From NCBI GenBank assembly GCA_937138275.1, contig CAKZOY010000355.1, forward strand, positions 1 through 34,636: a stretch of DNA of 34,636 nt. The letters are read 5' to 3'. Each line of letters begins with the position of its first letter. Within the stretch, counting starts at the first letter, position 1. The translations under genes and the position numbers were made by a program. A model generated the notes under the pieces. The model ran no database searches. It was given only the letters and a program-made list of their open reading frames with translations, and had not been told where the DNA came from. Shown in pieces: positions 8,355 to 17,554 of this stretch. This DNA comes from an uncultured Chloroflexota bacterium (GTDB lineage Bacteria > Chloroflexota > Anaerolineae > B4-G1 > DUEL01).

Positions 8355-9722
8355 CTATGATGCTGTATCGGTCACGAGTGCTCTCGCCACAGGGACGGCC
8401 GGCGAAGGGGCGAGGCCCCCGTTCTCCTCCAGGATATGCCGGGCCGTCCGCCGGGCATAGCGGGTCAACGATTCGCAGTTGGTCAGAGCGGGATAGACCT
8501 GCGCTGTGGTCGCCAGGTACAGGTTCCTGACCGGCGTTTTGACCTCGGGAATGAGATGGGCGGAGTTCAGCCCGTGGAGCGGCTCTACGTACCGTTCGCG
8601 GTGGACGAGAAAGTAGCGAACCCGGCGCCGGTCAAAATCCGGAAACATCTTTTCCAGGTTTTCCAGCCAGGTCTCCCGGATTTCTTCATCGCTGGCCTCC
8701 TGCCATTGGCTGCCAGGAGCGGTGTACTTGGGCAAATACACTAAGTGATGGCCTCCCACGAAGTCCGGATCTATGTAGGTTGTCGTCTCAATGATGCCGG
8801 TGAAGGGGACCCGGTCGTCGGTGATATTGAGAGTCCAGTAACCGGTCAACGGTCGGTCCAGCACCAACAGCGGGCAGACCACGCCCAGGTACTCGGTTCG
8901 GTCCAGAAAGGCGCGATACTCTTCCCCGGCGCCCGGGATCAACCGGCGAAAGAGGGGAACCTGGAGCGCTCCCACGACGGCGTCAAAGGGGTGTACCGCT
9001 TGCCCGACGCGCACGCCCCGGGCGCGTCCATCTTCAATCACGATCTCTTGAACGGGGCAACCGGGGTGAACTTTGCCGCCTGAGGCCTCAATCTGCTCAG
9101 CCATCGCCTCAATCAGTGTCATATATCCGCCGATGAGGTGTCCGGCTTCTTCTTTTTGACTGGCACCCTTTCGTGTGGACTTCATCCGCACCAGGCGCGC
9201 CCAGATGTATGTGGCGGGCGTATTCTCAAATCCTCCGTCAAATTTGGCCTTCAGCAGCGGTCGCCAGATATTCTGGAAGGTCTGCCGACCACTCCAGCGC
9301 ACCAGCCACTTCTCCACACTGATGCCCTCCAAACGGTGCCAGTCCTGCACGAACTGGGCATAAAGCACTGTGATCCCTAATCGGAAGCGGTCCATCCCGT
9401 TCAGCGGCGGGAAACGCAGGAACTCCACCAGGTTGTTCATAGAGTAGATGTTGCCCTGGTGGTAGAAGCCCATCCGGGTTTGGCGGAAGCGAAGGTGATC
9501 GGCGATGTTCAGTTCGGCGCACAACTGGCGCAGATGGCTGTCGCTGGAGAGGATCGTGTGGTAGAAACGGTCCACCAATGTGCCGTCGGGCAGAGGGACG
9601 GTGTTCGCCAGGCCTCCCAGGGTCGGGGCGGCCTCAAAGACCTCTACCTTCGCTCCTTGCCGGGAGAGGAAGTATCCCAAACTTATGCCCATTATTCCGC
9701 CGCCAGCGATGGCGATGTTCAC
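8355..9722 (-). CDS. NAD(P)/FAD-dependent oxidoreductase (amine-oxidase / phytoene-desaturase-like fold)
   Basis: Rossmann motif VNIAIAGGGIMGISLGYFLSRQGAKVEVFEAAPTLGGLA. Start set to GTG 9722, which has GGAGGAG upstream and a GTGA overlap with the wecB-like stop. The 177-nt N-terminal extension in the track (to 9899) lies inside the upstream gene. Confidence 0.8.
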   Translation of the reverse strand: MNIAIAGGGIMGISLGYFLSRQGAKVEVFEAAPTLGGLANTVPLPDGTLVDRFYHTILSSDSHLRQLCAELNIADHLRFRQTRMGFYHQGNIYSMNNLVEFLRFPPLNGMDRFRLGITVLYAQFVQDWHRLEGISVEKWLVRWSGRQTFQNIWRPLLKAKFDGGFENTPATYIWARLVRMKSTRKGASQKEEAGHLIGGYMTLIEAMAEQIEASGGKVHPGCPVQEIVIEDGRARGVRVGQAVHPFDAVVGALQVPLFRRLIPGAGEEYRAFLDRTEYLGVVCPLLVLDRPLTGYWTLNITDDRVPFTGIIETTTYIDPDFVGGHHLVYLPKYTAPGSQWQEASDEEIRETWLENLEKMFPDFDRRRVRYFLVHRERYVEPLHGLNSAHLIPEVKTPVRNLYLATTAQVYPALTNCESLTRYARRTARHILEENGGLAPSPAVPVARALVTDTAS

Positions 9723-10792
9723 TGGACGTCTCCTCCTGGGTTGCCGTTGAGAATCTGCGCAATGCGCCGGGCCGCCGTTCCGTTGCCGAAGATGGGGGGA
9801 CGCTCCCCCGATGGTGCGAAGTGCGTCCACGCCTCCACAATCCGCTCTGGCTCGGTGCCGACCAGTTTGTTCCAGCCGACCTTTACCGTCTCCACCCATT
9901 CGGTCTCATCCCGCAGGGTCAGGCAGGGGATGCCCAGAAAGTAGGCCTCCCGCTGGACCCCGCCGGAGTCGGTGGCGATGAGACGGGCGTTCTCCTCCAG
10001 GACGATCATATCCAGATAACCGACCGGTTCTATCAGGCGAACGTGGCGGGCGAACTGGACATCCAGTTGGCTGAGGGCTTTGCGAGTGCGCGGGTGGACG
10101 GGAAAGACGACGATTTCCGGTACCCGGTTCAGCGCGATGACGATTTGCCGGAGGCGCGCTGGGTCGTCGGTGTTGCCTGCGCGATGGATGGTGACCAGGG
10201 AATAACCACGCGGCTTCAAGTTCAGGCACTGCAGCACATTGGATTTGCGCTGAGCGATCGGGCGGTTCTGGAGCATCGCATCCAGCATCACATCGCCGAC
10301 CCAGTAGACAGAACCGGTGATCCCCTCCGCGGCCAGGTTTTCCACCGCCATTCGGCTGGCACAAAAGTGCAGGTCCGCTACCCGATCTGCCACCAGACGG
10401 TTGATCTCCTCCGGCATACGGCGGTTGAAGCTACGTTCTCCGGCCTCAATGTGGGCCACCGGAATGTGCAACTTGCTGGCTGCCAGGGCGCCGCCCAGGG
10501 TGGAATTGGTGTCGCCTCGCACAATTACCAGATCGGGGCGCTCCTTTAGCAGGACCTCTTCCAGCCGAACCATAATCTCCGCCGTTTGTCGGCCGTGGGA
10601 TCCCGAGCCCACTTCCAGGTTGTAGTCGGGCGCAGGAATCCCCAGGTCGTCAAAGAAGGCCTGGGACATCCGGTAATCGTAGTGCTGACCGGTGTGCACC
10701 AGGATTTCCTGATGGGTCTCGCGCAGAGCGCGGCTGACCGGCGCGACCTGGATGAACTCGGGGCGTGCCCCCACGACGGACACAATCTTCAT
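9719..10792 (-). CDS. wecB: UDP-N-acetylglucosamine 2-epimerase family (WecB/WbpI-like, non-hydrolysing)
   Basis: MKIVSVVGARPEFIQVAPVSRAL...LVHTGQHYDYRMSQAFFDDLGIP.PDYNL.VGSGSHG.QTA is the family signature. ATG 10792 is preferred (AGGTGG 5 nt upstream) over GTG 10801. Confidence 0.85.
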   Translation of the reverse strand: MKIVSVVGARPEFIQVAPVSRALRETHQEILVHTGQHYDYRMSQAFFDDLGIPAPDYNLEVGSGSHGRQTAEIMVRLEEVLLKERPDLVIVRGDTNSTLGGALAASKLHIPVAHIEAGERSFNRRMPEEINRLVADRVADLHFCASRMAVENLAAEGITGSVYWVGDVMLDAMLQNRPIAQRKSNVLQCLNLKPRGYSLVTIHRAGNTDDPARLRQIVIALNRVPEIVVFPVHPRTRKALSQLDVQFARHVRLIEPVGYLDMIVLEENARLIATDSGGVQREAYFLGIPCLTLRDETEWVETVKVGWNKLVGTEPERIVEAWTHFAPSGERPPIFGNGTAARRIAQILNGNPGGDVQ

Positions 10793-10804
10793 GCGGACCA
10801 CCTG

Positions 10805-11590
10805 TTAGCTGCCTGATGTCACGGGGATTTCCTGCCCTTGGGGCTGGTCCACGAGGGAAATACGTCCCAATCGGTGGAACAGGACGCGCGCCTGAAACCG
10901 AAGGTGCGCCAGAATCGTGCGCACCAGTTTCGCTTTGGACGTACCGAAGGCTCGCGAATGCAGCACTGCCGGATACTCAGCGACCTGGTACCCCATCAAC
11001 ATCGCTTTCACCATCAGTTCAGTGCCGGCCAGAAATCCGTCGGACTGAAAGGATATGCGCTCCACTACCTCCCGGCGGTAGGCCCGGAAGAGAGAGGTGT
11101 AGGTGTGGATGCGCCGGTTGACCAGCAGGCGGTAGATGAGCGACGAGCCTTTGCTGAGAACGAGCCGGTATGCCGGGACCCCCTCCACGCCGCCCAGCGG
11201 ATGGTATGGAGAGGCAGTGACAAGGCTGATGCCAGGCTTGAGATAGGACAAAAGGGCGGGAATTTCCACGAACTGATACGTACCATCGCTATCGGTGGTC
11301 ACAATGACCTCACCCCGGGCCACGGAGAAGCCGGTGCGGAGAGCCGCGCCCAATCCCCGGTTGGTCCCGTGGCGCTCAACCCGGAACGTCACCGGCCCGT
11401 CACTTTTATTGCCGAAGGTGTGGGTGAGCGCCTGCCAGGTCCCGTCAGTGCTCCCGTCGTCCACAAAGATCACCTCTACAGAGCGGGTCCTGGTCAGTCC
11501 GATGGCGACGGGTAGGAATTCCCTCTGGATTCGGGGGATGTTCTCCTCTTCGTTGTAGCAGGGTATGACAATGGAAATGTCCATTTCCAT
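10805..11590 (-). CDS. GT2 polyprenyl-phosphate glycosyltransferase (DPM1/GtrB/ArnC-like)
   Basis: MEMDISIVIPCYNEEENI...VIFVDDGSTDGT...TNRGLGAALRTGF..A.GEVIVTTDSDGTY. Start at 11590, with AGAGAGG upstream, 5 nt after the upstream stop. The track extension to 11764 overlaps the oxidoreductase gene. Confidence 0.8.
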   Translation of the reverse strand: MEMDISIVIPCYNEEENIPRIQREFLPVAIGLTRTRSVEVIFVDDGSTDGTWQALTHTFGNKSDGPVTFRVERHGTNRGLGAALRTGFSVARGEVIVTTDSDGTYQFVEIPALLSYLKPGISLVTASPYHPLGGVEGVPAYRLVLSKGSSLIYRLLVNRRIHTYTSLFRAYRREVVERISFQSDGFLAGTELMVKAMLMGYQVAEYPAVLHSRAFGTSKAKLVRTILAHLRFQARVLFHRLGRISLVDQPQGQEIPVTSGS

Positions 11591-11595
11591 CCTCT

Positions 11596-12630
11596 CTATG
11601 CAGGAATAACCGGAGACGGTGTTACGCTCTCCCGTAGAGTTTTCGGCGCTTTTGCCGGATTGGACATATTCGCCCGAATCCTGTCCCGGATGGTCAGCAC
11701 CAGGCGCAGTGCGTTGAGGCCATCCCGGGCGGAGACATCGGGTTGTTTGCGTTGCAGAATGCATTCCACGAAGTGCTGCAGTTCCAGAAAGAGTGGCTCT
11801 AAGGTGGGTACGTAAATCCGCTCTACGAGGCTTTCCTGCCGGTACTTGACTCCCCGATGGTTGTGGTTCAGGTACTCTCCGATCGTTCGTCGGTGGATGG
11901 AAACCTGCTTGTCCAGCAGGTCGGCCTCCACATAGGCCTCTAAGGCGGTGACTTCTACGGACCTGACCTTCTGCTCCGTGGTGCGGGATGCAATGAGAGT
12001 TAGAAGGGGGCCGGATTCGAAACTCAGGCAGGCCAGCGCGTGGTCCACGTCGCCGCTGAATGCGGTCAATCCGAAGGCATCCACCGACAAGGGCTCCTGC
12101 CCCATCAGGTCCAACGCCAGGTCAATGTCGTGGGTCATCAGGTCCAGGACCACATCCACATCCGTGTTGCTACCGACGTAAGGACTGAGACGGCGGAAAT
12201 GGGCAGCTAATATCGTTAAATCCTCCAACACGTGCTTCAGTTCTATGTAGGCAGGGTTGAAGCGCTCAATGTGCCCCACCTGGACGACCAGACCACTGGC
12301 CTCGGCAATCTGGGTCAGCGTTTCTGCTTGTTCCAGCGTCTCCGTCATTGGTTTTTCAATCAGGACGTGGACGCCGTGCTCCAGGCAGCGCATCGCCAGG
12401 CTGAAGTGGGACGGTGTGGGCGTTGCCAGACTGACCGCATCCACCCGTTTCAGCAGGTCTTCTGTATCCTCATAATAGGAGACCCCGTATTCCTGAGCCA
12501 GCGCGCGTCCCGAATCTGGTGCGGAATCGCAGACGCCCACCAGTTGGGCCTGGCGCAGAAAGGAATAGACCCGACAATGGCGCTGCCCCATTCTGCCGAC
12601 ACCGATCACACCGACTTTTACTTGACGCAT
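11596..12630 (-). CDS. Gfo/Idh/MocA-family NAD-dependent sugar-nucleotide oxidoreductase (WbpB/WlbA-like candidate)
   Basis: MRQVKVGVIGVGRMGQRHCRVY...EKP motif (VLIEKPMT). GAGGAGGA RBS upstream. Confidence 0.8.
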   Translation of the reverse strand: MRQVKVGVIGVGRMGQRHCRVYSFLRQAQLVGVCDSAPDSGRALAQEYGVSYYEDTEDLLKRVDAVSLATPTPSHFSLAMRCLEHGVHVLIEKPMTETLEQAETLTQIAEASGLVVQVGHIERFNPAYIELKHVLEDLTILAAHFRRLSPYVGSNTDVDVVLDLMTHDIDLALDLMGQEPLSVDAFGLTAFSGDVDHALACLSFESGPLLTLIASRTTEQKVRSVEVTALEAYVEADLLDKQVSIHRRTIGEYLNHNHRGVKYRQESLVERIYVPTLEPLFLELQHFVECILQRKQPDVSARDGLNALRLVLTIRDRIRANMSNPAKAPKTLRESVTPSPVIPA

Positions 12631-12701
12631 TGGACATCCTCCTCTAACTTAAACTTGCTGCCCGGTTCACCGAGATGGAAGCCCCTACCTGCCGGGGGCT
12701 T

Positions 12702-12730
12702 TCTATAGTATTCTAACGCGCTCCAGTCAA
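12702..12730 (-). promoter_or_regulatory. Sigma70-type promoter candidate for the 12630->4700 gene block
   Basis: On the minus strand: TTGACT (12730-12725), 17 nt spacer, TATAGA (12707-12702), about 70 nt upstream of ATG 12630. Lies in an AT-richer stretch. Confidence 0.45.
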
Positions 12731-12854
12731 GGGTCGGTTAATGAAAAACTGGAATTCTGTTAGAATTGATTCATAGTAACTACCCAGCCGGGGGAAATTT
12801 CTTGCTCCCGGCTCCCCGGTCCCCTTCCCCCGCTTGCGGGAGTGGAGAAAAAAT

Positions 12855-12903
12855 TATAGGTTTTGGCGCTGGCGGCTGAAGGCCGCCAGCGCCAAAACCT
12901 ATA
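12855..12903. repeat. Perfect 22-bp-stem palindrome (REP-like), same family as 4420-4460
   Basis: tataggttttggcgctggcggc tgaag gccgccagcgccaaaacctata. Confidence 0.85.
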
Positions 12904-13101
12904 CAAAAATCCCCCTGCGGTCGCAGCCCAGCGGGGAGGAGTATACGCGCCCTGTTGGGGGGTGAAGCGGCATCAATTCATCAGCCAAACACGCTGAACA
13001 GTTACAAGCGCACTACTTGAATATGGGCCACTCAATTTTCTTTCCCATTCCCCGATGACAAGAAGTCAGAAAACGAGGGGGAGTTAAAGCACTAACGAAG
13101 A

Positions 13102-13192
13102 GCAAGGTACGCCTTCGCTACCTTGCGCCTCGCCGCTTTTCAACACTTTCTAACGGACAGGGGAAAAGTGGGAAAAAGAGGGGAAATTTCCC
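13102..13192 (-). terminator. Possible termination region after the aminotransferase gene (hairpins plus C-rich/G-poor tract)
   Basis: Palindrome gggaaatttccc at 13181-13192, directly after stop 13196-13198. Minus-strand RNA then reads CUCUUUUUCCCACUUUUCCCC. An 8-bp stem gcaaggta/taccttgc lies at 13102-13126. There is no canonical U-tract directly after a strong stem. Confidence 0.3.
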
Positions 13193-13195
13193 ATT

Positions 13196-14275
13196 TCACA
13201 CTCTTGCACACACCTCGTTGATCGCTTCAACAATCATTTTCAGGTCGGTGGAACTCAATCCTGGGTGGACGGGCAGCGATAAAACCTCCTGCGCGGCCTT
13301 TTCGGCCTCAGGCAGCGTCTGATCATAGCCCAGGTCGCGGTAGAATTTCTGTTGATGGGTGGGTACGGGATAGAACACCGCCGTCCCGATGCCCCGTTCT
13401 TTTAATGCTTCCATCACCATATCCCGGCGTCCGTCTGGAATTCGGATTGTATATTGATGAAAGACATGTCGCCGGCCTTCTGGGACGATCGGTGTTACCA
13501 CTCCTTTCAGATGCTCGCTCAGATATCGGGCATTGGCGATTCGCCTCGCGTTGAATTGCTCCAGTTTCGCCAGTTGAGAGAGTCCGATGGCAGCGTGCAC
13601 ATCGGTCATTCGGAAGTTGAACCCCAACTCGTCGTGGTAGTACCTTCTCCGCATCCCATGTTGCCGGATTGTCCGGCATTTTTCGGCGATGTACTCATCG
13701 TTGGTGGTAATCATCCCTCCCTCGCCAGAGGTGATGTTCTTCGTGGGGTAAAAAGAGAAGCATCCGGTGCCGAAACTCCCCACCCGTTTTCCGTTATACT
13801 CCGCCCCATGCGCCTGACAGGCGTCCTCAATCACGATCAGCCCGTATCGTTCGGCGATCTCCATAATCGGTTGCATATCCGCAGGAAGCCCAAAGAGGTG
13901 CACAGGCATAATGGCCCGGGTGCGCGGAGTAATCGCTGCTTCTATCTGGTCAGGACGGATATTAAACGTAGCATAGTCAATGTCCACGAAGATGGGTCGG
14001 GCCCCGACGTACAGGATGGAGTTGGCGGAAGCGATGAAGGTGAAGGGGGTCGTAATCACTTCATCCCCAGGCCCAATCCCGTGGGCCAGCAGGGTGATAT
14101 GCAGCGCGGTGGTCCCGGATGAAGTGGCGATAGCGTATTTCACCCCACAATAAGGGGCAAATGCTTCTTCAAAAGTCTGTACCCTTGGCCCCTGGGCCAG
14201 CATTCCGGATTCCAGGACCTCCAGGACGGCCCGTTTCTCCTCCTCGCCGATCAGGGGTTTTGCTATGGGAATCAT
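13196..14275 (-). CDS. DegT/DnrJ/EryC1/StrS-family PLP-dependent sugar aminotransferase (WbpE-like candidate)
   Basis: [37 protein letters not shown]...[15 protein letters not shown] (Lys in YPTKN). Start 14275 has GGAGGTG upstream and an ATGA overlap with the upstream stop. The track extension to 14497 is rejected. Confidence 0.85.
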   Translation of the reverse strand: MIPIAKPLIGEEEKRAVLEVLESGMLAQGPRVQTFEEAFAPYCGVKYAIATSSGTTALHITLLAHGIGPGDEVITTPFTFIASANSILYVGARPIFVDIDYATFNIRPDQIEAAITPRTRAIMPVHLFGLPADMQPIMEIAERYGLIVIEDACQAHGAEYNGKRVGSFGTGCFSFYPTKNITSGEGGMITTNDEYIAEKCRTIRQHGMRRRYYHDELGFNFRMTDVHAAIGLSQLAKLEQFNARRIANARYLSEHLKGVVTPIVPEGRRHVFHQYTIRIPDGRRDMVMEALKERGIGTAVFYPVPTHQQKFYRDLGYDQTLPEAEKAAQEVLSLPVHPGLSSTDLKMIVEAINEVCARV

Positions 14276-14895
14276 CGGCCCACCTCCAGGGGGCGAAAAA
14301 TTCCCGTCGGAATGGCGACCTCTGTCCCACATTGGGGGCATACCATCTGCACCATGTCGCCTTCGCATGGGCCCGTTGAGTGGAGTCGTTCGCCGCAGGG
14401 GCAGACAAATCCCCTGAGTCGGGCCGGGTTTCCCCAGACCAGGCCGTAGTCGGGCACATCTCGGGTCACTACCGATCCCGCGCCCACCATAGCCCACCGC
14501 CCGACCGTTGTGCCGCAGACGATCACGGAATGGGCACCGATAGAAGCGCCCTCCATCACCAGCGTTTCGCTCAGGACCCAGTCATCGCTTCCTTTCAGGG
14601 AACCGTCCGGGTTGACCGCGCGCGGCCGCCGGTCGTTGGTAAAACAAACATAAGGGCCGATGAACACACCGTCCTGAATGGTGACCCCGTGATAGACGGA
14701 AACGTAGTTCTGAATCTTCACCTTGTTGCCGATCCGAACGCCGAAGTCAATGTACACCCCCTTGCCGATTACACAATGGCGCCCGATATGAGCACCTTCC
14801 CGAACCTGGGCCTGGTGCCAGATACGGGTGCCCTCGCCGATCTGGGCCTCTGGGGAGACATCTGCCGTTGGGTGAATGCGTGCTGGTTCTCTCAT
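14272..14895 (-). CDS. Left-handed beta-helix (hexapeptide) N-acetyltransferase, WbpD/WlbB-like, with Cys4 C-terminal tail
   Basis: Hexapeptide repeats [45 protein letters not shown]...FTND. AAAGGAG RBS. Tail is CPCGERL...CPQCG. Confidence 0.8.
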   Translation of the reverse strand: MREPARIHPTADVSPEAQIGEGTRIWHQAQVREGAHIGRHCVIGKGVYIDFGVRIGNKVKIQNYVSVYHGVTIQDGVFIGPYVCFTNDRRPRAVNPDGSLKGSDDWVLSETLVMEGASIGAHSVIVCGTTVGRWAMVGAGSVVTRDVPDYGLVWGNPARLRGFVCPCGERLHSTGPCEGDMVQMVCPQCGTEVAIPTGIFRPLEVGR

Positions 14896-14969
14896 ATGCT
14901 CCTTTTCAGATTTAGCGCAAGTATAGACCTGATCTTTCAGCCTTCACTGCTATCTCCTTGCCACTTTTT

Positions 14970-16361
14970 CTACTGTAGGCGGCCTTCGGTCGCTTGCTGT
15001 AAAACCGCTCTCGCCAGGCTGACCATCGCTCCCATCCAGACCCACGAATACACGGCGTAGTCAAAACCGGCGATAGTCTGAGTATAAACGAAGGGGATCA
15101 GCCAATCTCCCAGCGCCATCGCCAGGATGACGCCGCAGGTTCCTCCCAGCGTCCCCGCCGCCAGCCCTTCGGCGAAACCATTTTCGCCCCGGAGGGCCCG
15201 TTGCAATCGCCACCCGGTCACCAAACTCGTCCCCAGAAACCAGAGATAGCAGGCCAGGCCGACGATGCCCAGTTGGGAGAGAATGTCAATGTAGTTGGAG
15301 TGGGTGGCCATTGCCTCGCTGGGAAAATACGAGACGTAGTACACCGCATACCCGGCTGGGCCGGTACCGAAGAGAAAGTGGCGGCCGGTCACCCGCCAGT
15401 TGACGGCCCAGGCCGCCAGGCGAGTGATGCCGCTCTCCGTCGCCTCCCCGGAGATAATGGCCTGAATGTAATCTCCCCGATATGCTACCAGAAAGGTGAT
15501 GGCCGGGATAAGAAATACCAGAAAGCCCCGCCTGGACTTCAGGAAAGTCAGGACACCGATAGCCAGCATCGGAGGCACCCATCCGGCCAGCCAGTGAGTA
15601 TTGAGGATCATCCGGTCATACAACCAGAGGGCCAGGAGGCCGACAAAGCCCAACCGAAGCGGGGTGGGGAGTTTCTGGTTGAACAGAATCTGGCCGTACA
15701 GAAGAGAGACGAGCCAGAGAGAAAAGAGACCGCCGGTGTTGATCCAGCGGACGTCCGCTCTGGCCCATTTTGCCAGCATCGCTCCTGCGCCGATGCCGAT
15801 CATCGTCCACCAGAGAACCTTCATCCAGCGCAGATCGGGGACCGTATTGGCGGTCAGGATCAGCGCGCCGGGCAGGAGGAGCATCACTGCCAGCGCAGCG
15901 ATCTGGACAATTGGCCAGGTGCGCCAGGGGGTGACGAGGGGGTCGCGAAATATGAGGCCCCAGATGTATGAGAGGACGCTGACCACAAGAATTGCCATCA
16001 GCGGACGGTTGACGGAGGATGGTTTCAGAAGGGGGCGTTTTTCCATCAGCGCACGCCCCAGCCAGAGAAGGACGAGCAGGGCTGTCAGCACCAAACTGGC
16101 GACAATCCGGCTCTGTGTGCCGGTGGGCAGGGTCACCCGCACAAAGGCCGCCGTCAGCAGAAGGGCCAGGACGCCGGACTCCGGCCAGCGCAGGGCGATG
16201 AGAAGGGCGGGCAGCATCGCGACCGCAGCCAGGATGTAGGCGGGTTGCAGGCGCACAGTCAAGTAGCCCATCATCAGTCCGGCGGCCAGCACTCCGCCGA
16301 CAATCAGGACCTTGTAGGATTTCCCCACCCAGCGGGGGAACCTCATTGTCCAGAAACTCAT
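14970..16361 (-). CDS. O-antigen polymerase/ligase family (Wzy_C-like) polytopic membrane protein
   Basis: About 10-12 TM segments. Motif RHFLFGTGPAGY...THSNYIDILSQLGIVGL. Start 16361 has an ATGA overlap with the upstream stop. Confidence 0.75.
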   Translation of the reverse strand: MSFWTMRFPRWVGKSYKVLIVGGVLAAGLMMGYLTVRLQPAYILAAVAMLPALLIALRWPESGVLALLLTAAFVRVTLPTGTQSRIVASLVLTALLVLLWLGRALMEKRPLLKPSSVNRPLMAILVVSVLSYIWGLIFRDPLVTPWRTWPIVQIAALAVMLLLPGALILTANTVPDLRWMKVLWWTMIGIGAGAMLAKWARADVRWINTGGLFSLWLVSLLYGQILFNQKLPTPLRLGFVGLLALWLYDRMILNTHWLAGWVPPMLAIGVLTFLKSRRGFLVFLIPAITFLVAYRGDYIQAIISGEATESGITRLAAWAVNWRVTGRHFLFGTGPAGYAVYYVSYFPSEAMATHSNYIDILSQLGIVGLACYLWFLGTSLVTGWRLQRALRGENGFAEGLAAGTLGGTCGVILAMALGDWLIPFVYTQTIAGFDYAVYSWVWMGAMVSLARAVLQQATEGRLQ

Positions 16362-17554
16362 CGTTCTCTCTCGGCAATCTCTTCCAGAAAAGATACCAAC
16401 TGTGCCCCGATGCTCTGCCAATTGTACCGACGGACGGTCTGACGGGCGCGGGCGGAAATTTCGCTCCGCAGGGCGTCGTCGCTCAGGAGTCGCACCACCG
16501 CAGCGGCGAATTGGGCGGGGTCGTCGGCGATAAGGATGTCCCGCCCCGGCGTCACCTCCAGCCCTTCGGCCCCTTTGGAGGTCGCCACCACCGGTGTGCC
16601 CAAGGCCATCGCCTCCAGAATCTTGATGCGGGTGCCTCCGCCCAGCGTCAGCGGGGCCACGCAGATGGCGCTGCGGGCGATCCGGGGGCGCACATCCGGC
16701 AGATAGCCGGTCAGGATAACCCCATCCCCCAGGGGGAGAGAGCGCAGATCCACCCCGTCGGTGCGGCCGGTGATGTAGAGAGTCGCTGCGGGGCGGGCCT
16801 GGCGGATGTACGGGAAGACCTCCCGCAGGAAGAAGCGCATCGCCTCCCGGTTGGCCTCGTAGGTCAGCGCGCCGGGGAAGACGATGGTATCAGGCTCCTC
16901 CGGCCCGAAGCCCCCCGAATACCGCTCCGGGTCCAGGCCGTTGGGCACTACGGCGATCGGCGGACTGTTGGGGGCGATGTCGGTCAGAGCGCGCCGTTCC
17001 GTTTCCGATGCGACTGTGCATCCTTGAACCCGGCCCAGGAGTTCCCGCGTGTATCGGCGCTGCTTCCGCCAGGTCTGGCGGTAACGGAACCGGGCCAACG
17101 GGGAGCGGGCAGCCTGCATCTTTGCCCGGATCATAGAGACTTCCAGGTCTTCCACCACCCGCGCGACGTTACGGGCCTGGAACAGATAAGGGGCGATGGT
17201 TACCCCTGGCCCGTTCTCGCAAGCCAGGACCAGGTTGTAATGTCCATCGGTCAGGGCAGATTCCAGCCGAGCGGCCATTTCCGGGGTGTACTGCTCCGCG
17301 ATCGCGCGCGGGTAGGGGGAGAGCAATGTCCCCAGCGACGGTCGGGAACGGCGCTCCGTGGGGGCAGGTAATGCCCCCAGCAGCGAGACGCCCGAAGGCA
17401 GCGCACTTTCGGAAACGGTCTCGTCGGCATGAAAAAAGCAGAGCAGGTCCACCGCATGGGCCCTGCCGATTTCCCGGAGCAGGGAAAAGAGCCGGGCCCG
17501 TGCACCGACATCCGGCGGGTAGGGAAACCATCCGCTCAGGCAGAGGATTCTCAT
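16358..17554 (-). CDS. GT4 (GT-B fold) glycosyltransferase
   Basis: MRILCLSGWFPYPPDVGARAR... and C-terminal GGTRIKILEAMALGTPVVATSKGAEGL (E-x7-E type region). ATGA overlap upstream. Confidence 0.85.
   Translation of the reverse strand: MRILCLSGWFPYPPDVGARARLFSLLREIGRAHAVDLLCFFHADETVSESALPSGVSLLGALPAPTERRSRPSLGTLLSPYPRAIAEQYTPEMAARLESALTDGHYNLVLACENGPGVTIAPYLFQARNVARVVEDLEVSMIRAKMQAARSPLARFRYRQTWRKQRRYTRELLGRVQGCTVASETERRALTDIAPNSPPIAVVPNGLDPERYSGGFGPEEPDTIVFPGALTYEANREAMRFFLREVFPYIRQARPAATLYITGRTDGVDLRSLPLGDGVILTGYLPDVRPRIARSAICVAPLTLGGGTRIKILEAMALGTPVVATSKGAEGLEVTPGRDILIADDPAQFAAAVVRLLSDDALRSEISARARQTVRRYNWQSIGAQLVSFLEEIAERER

Noticed and set aside
9723-9899. N-terminal extensions given by the track for several genes: 8355..9899, 10805..11764, 13196..14497, 14970..16421, 20711..22291, 32859..34496
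   Set aside because: Each extension runs deep into the preceding gene and lacks homology sense. In each case a downstream start is either a 4-nt overlap with the upstream stop or lies just downstream of it, and where I checked it has an RBS-like purine run. The conserved family N-terminus begins at that start.
9578-10549. Other long plus-strand ORFs opposite minus-strand genes: 9578..10549, 16346..17371, 17584..18615, 20567..21355, 27436..28410, 29007..30053, 31500..32498
   Set aside because: All lie antisense to genes with clear family signatures. They have Arg/Gly/Pro/His-rich composition and no recognisable motifs, which is high-GC shadow-ORF behaviour.
12961-13195. Possible small RNA or small ORF in the AT-richer part of the 565-bp gap
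   Set aside because: Only 10-11-codon ORFs are present. I could not recognise any known RNA motif or a convincing promoter/terminator pair on either strand. It is left as a possible termination/C-rich tract only.
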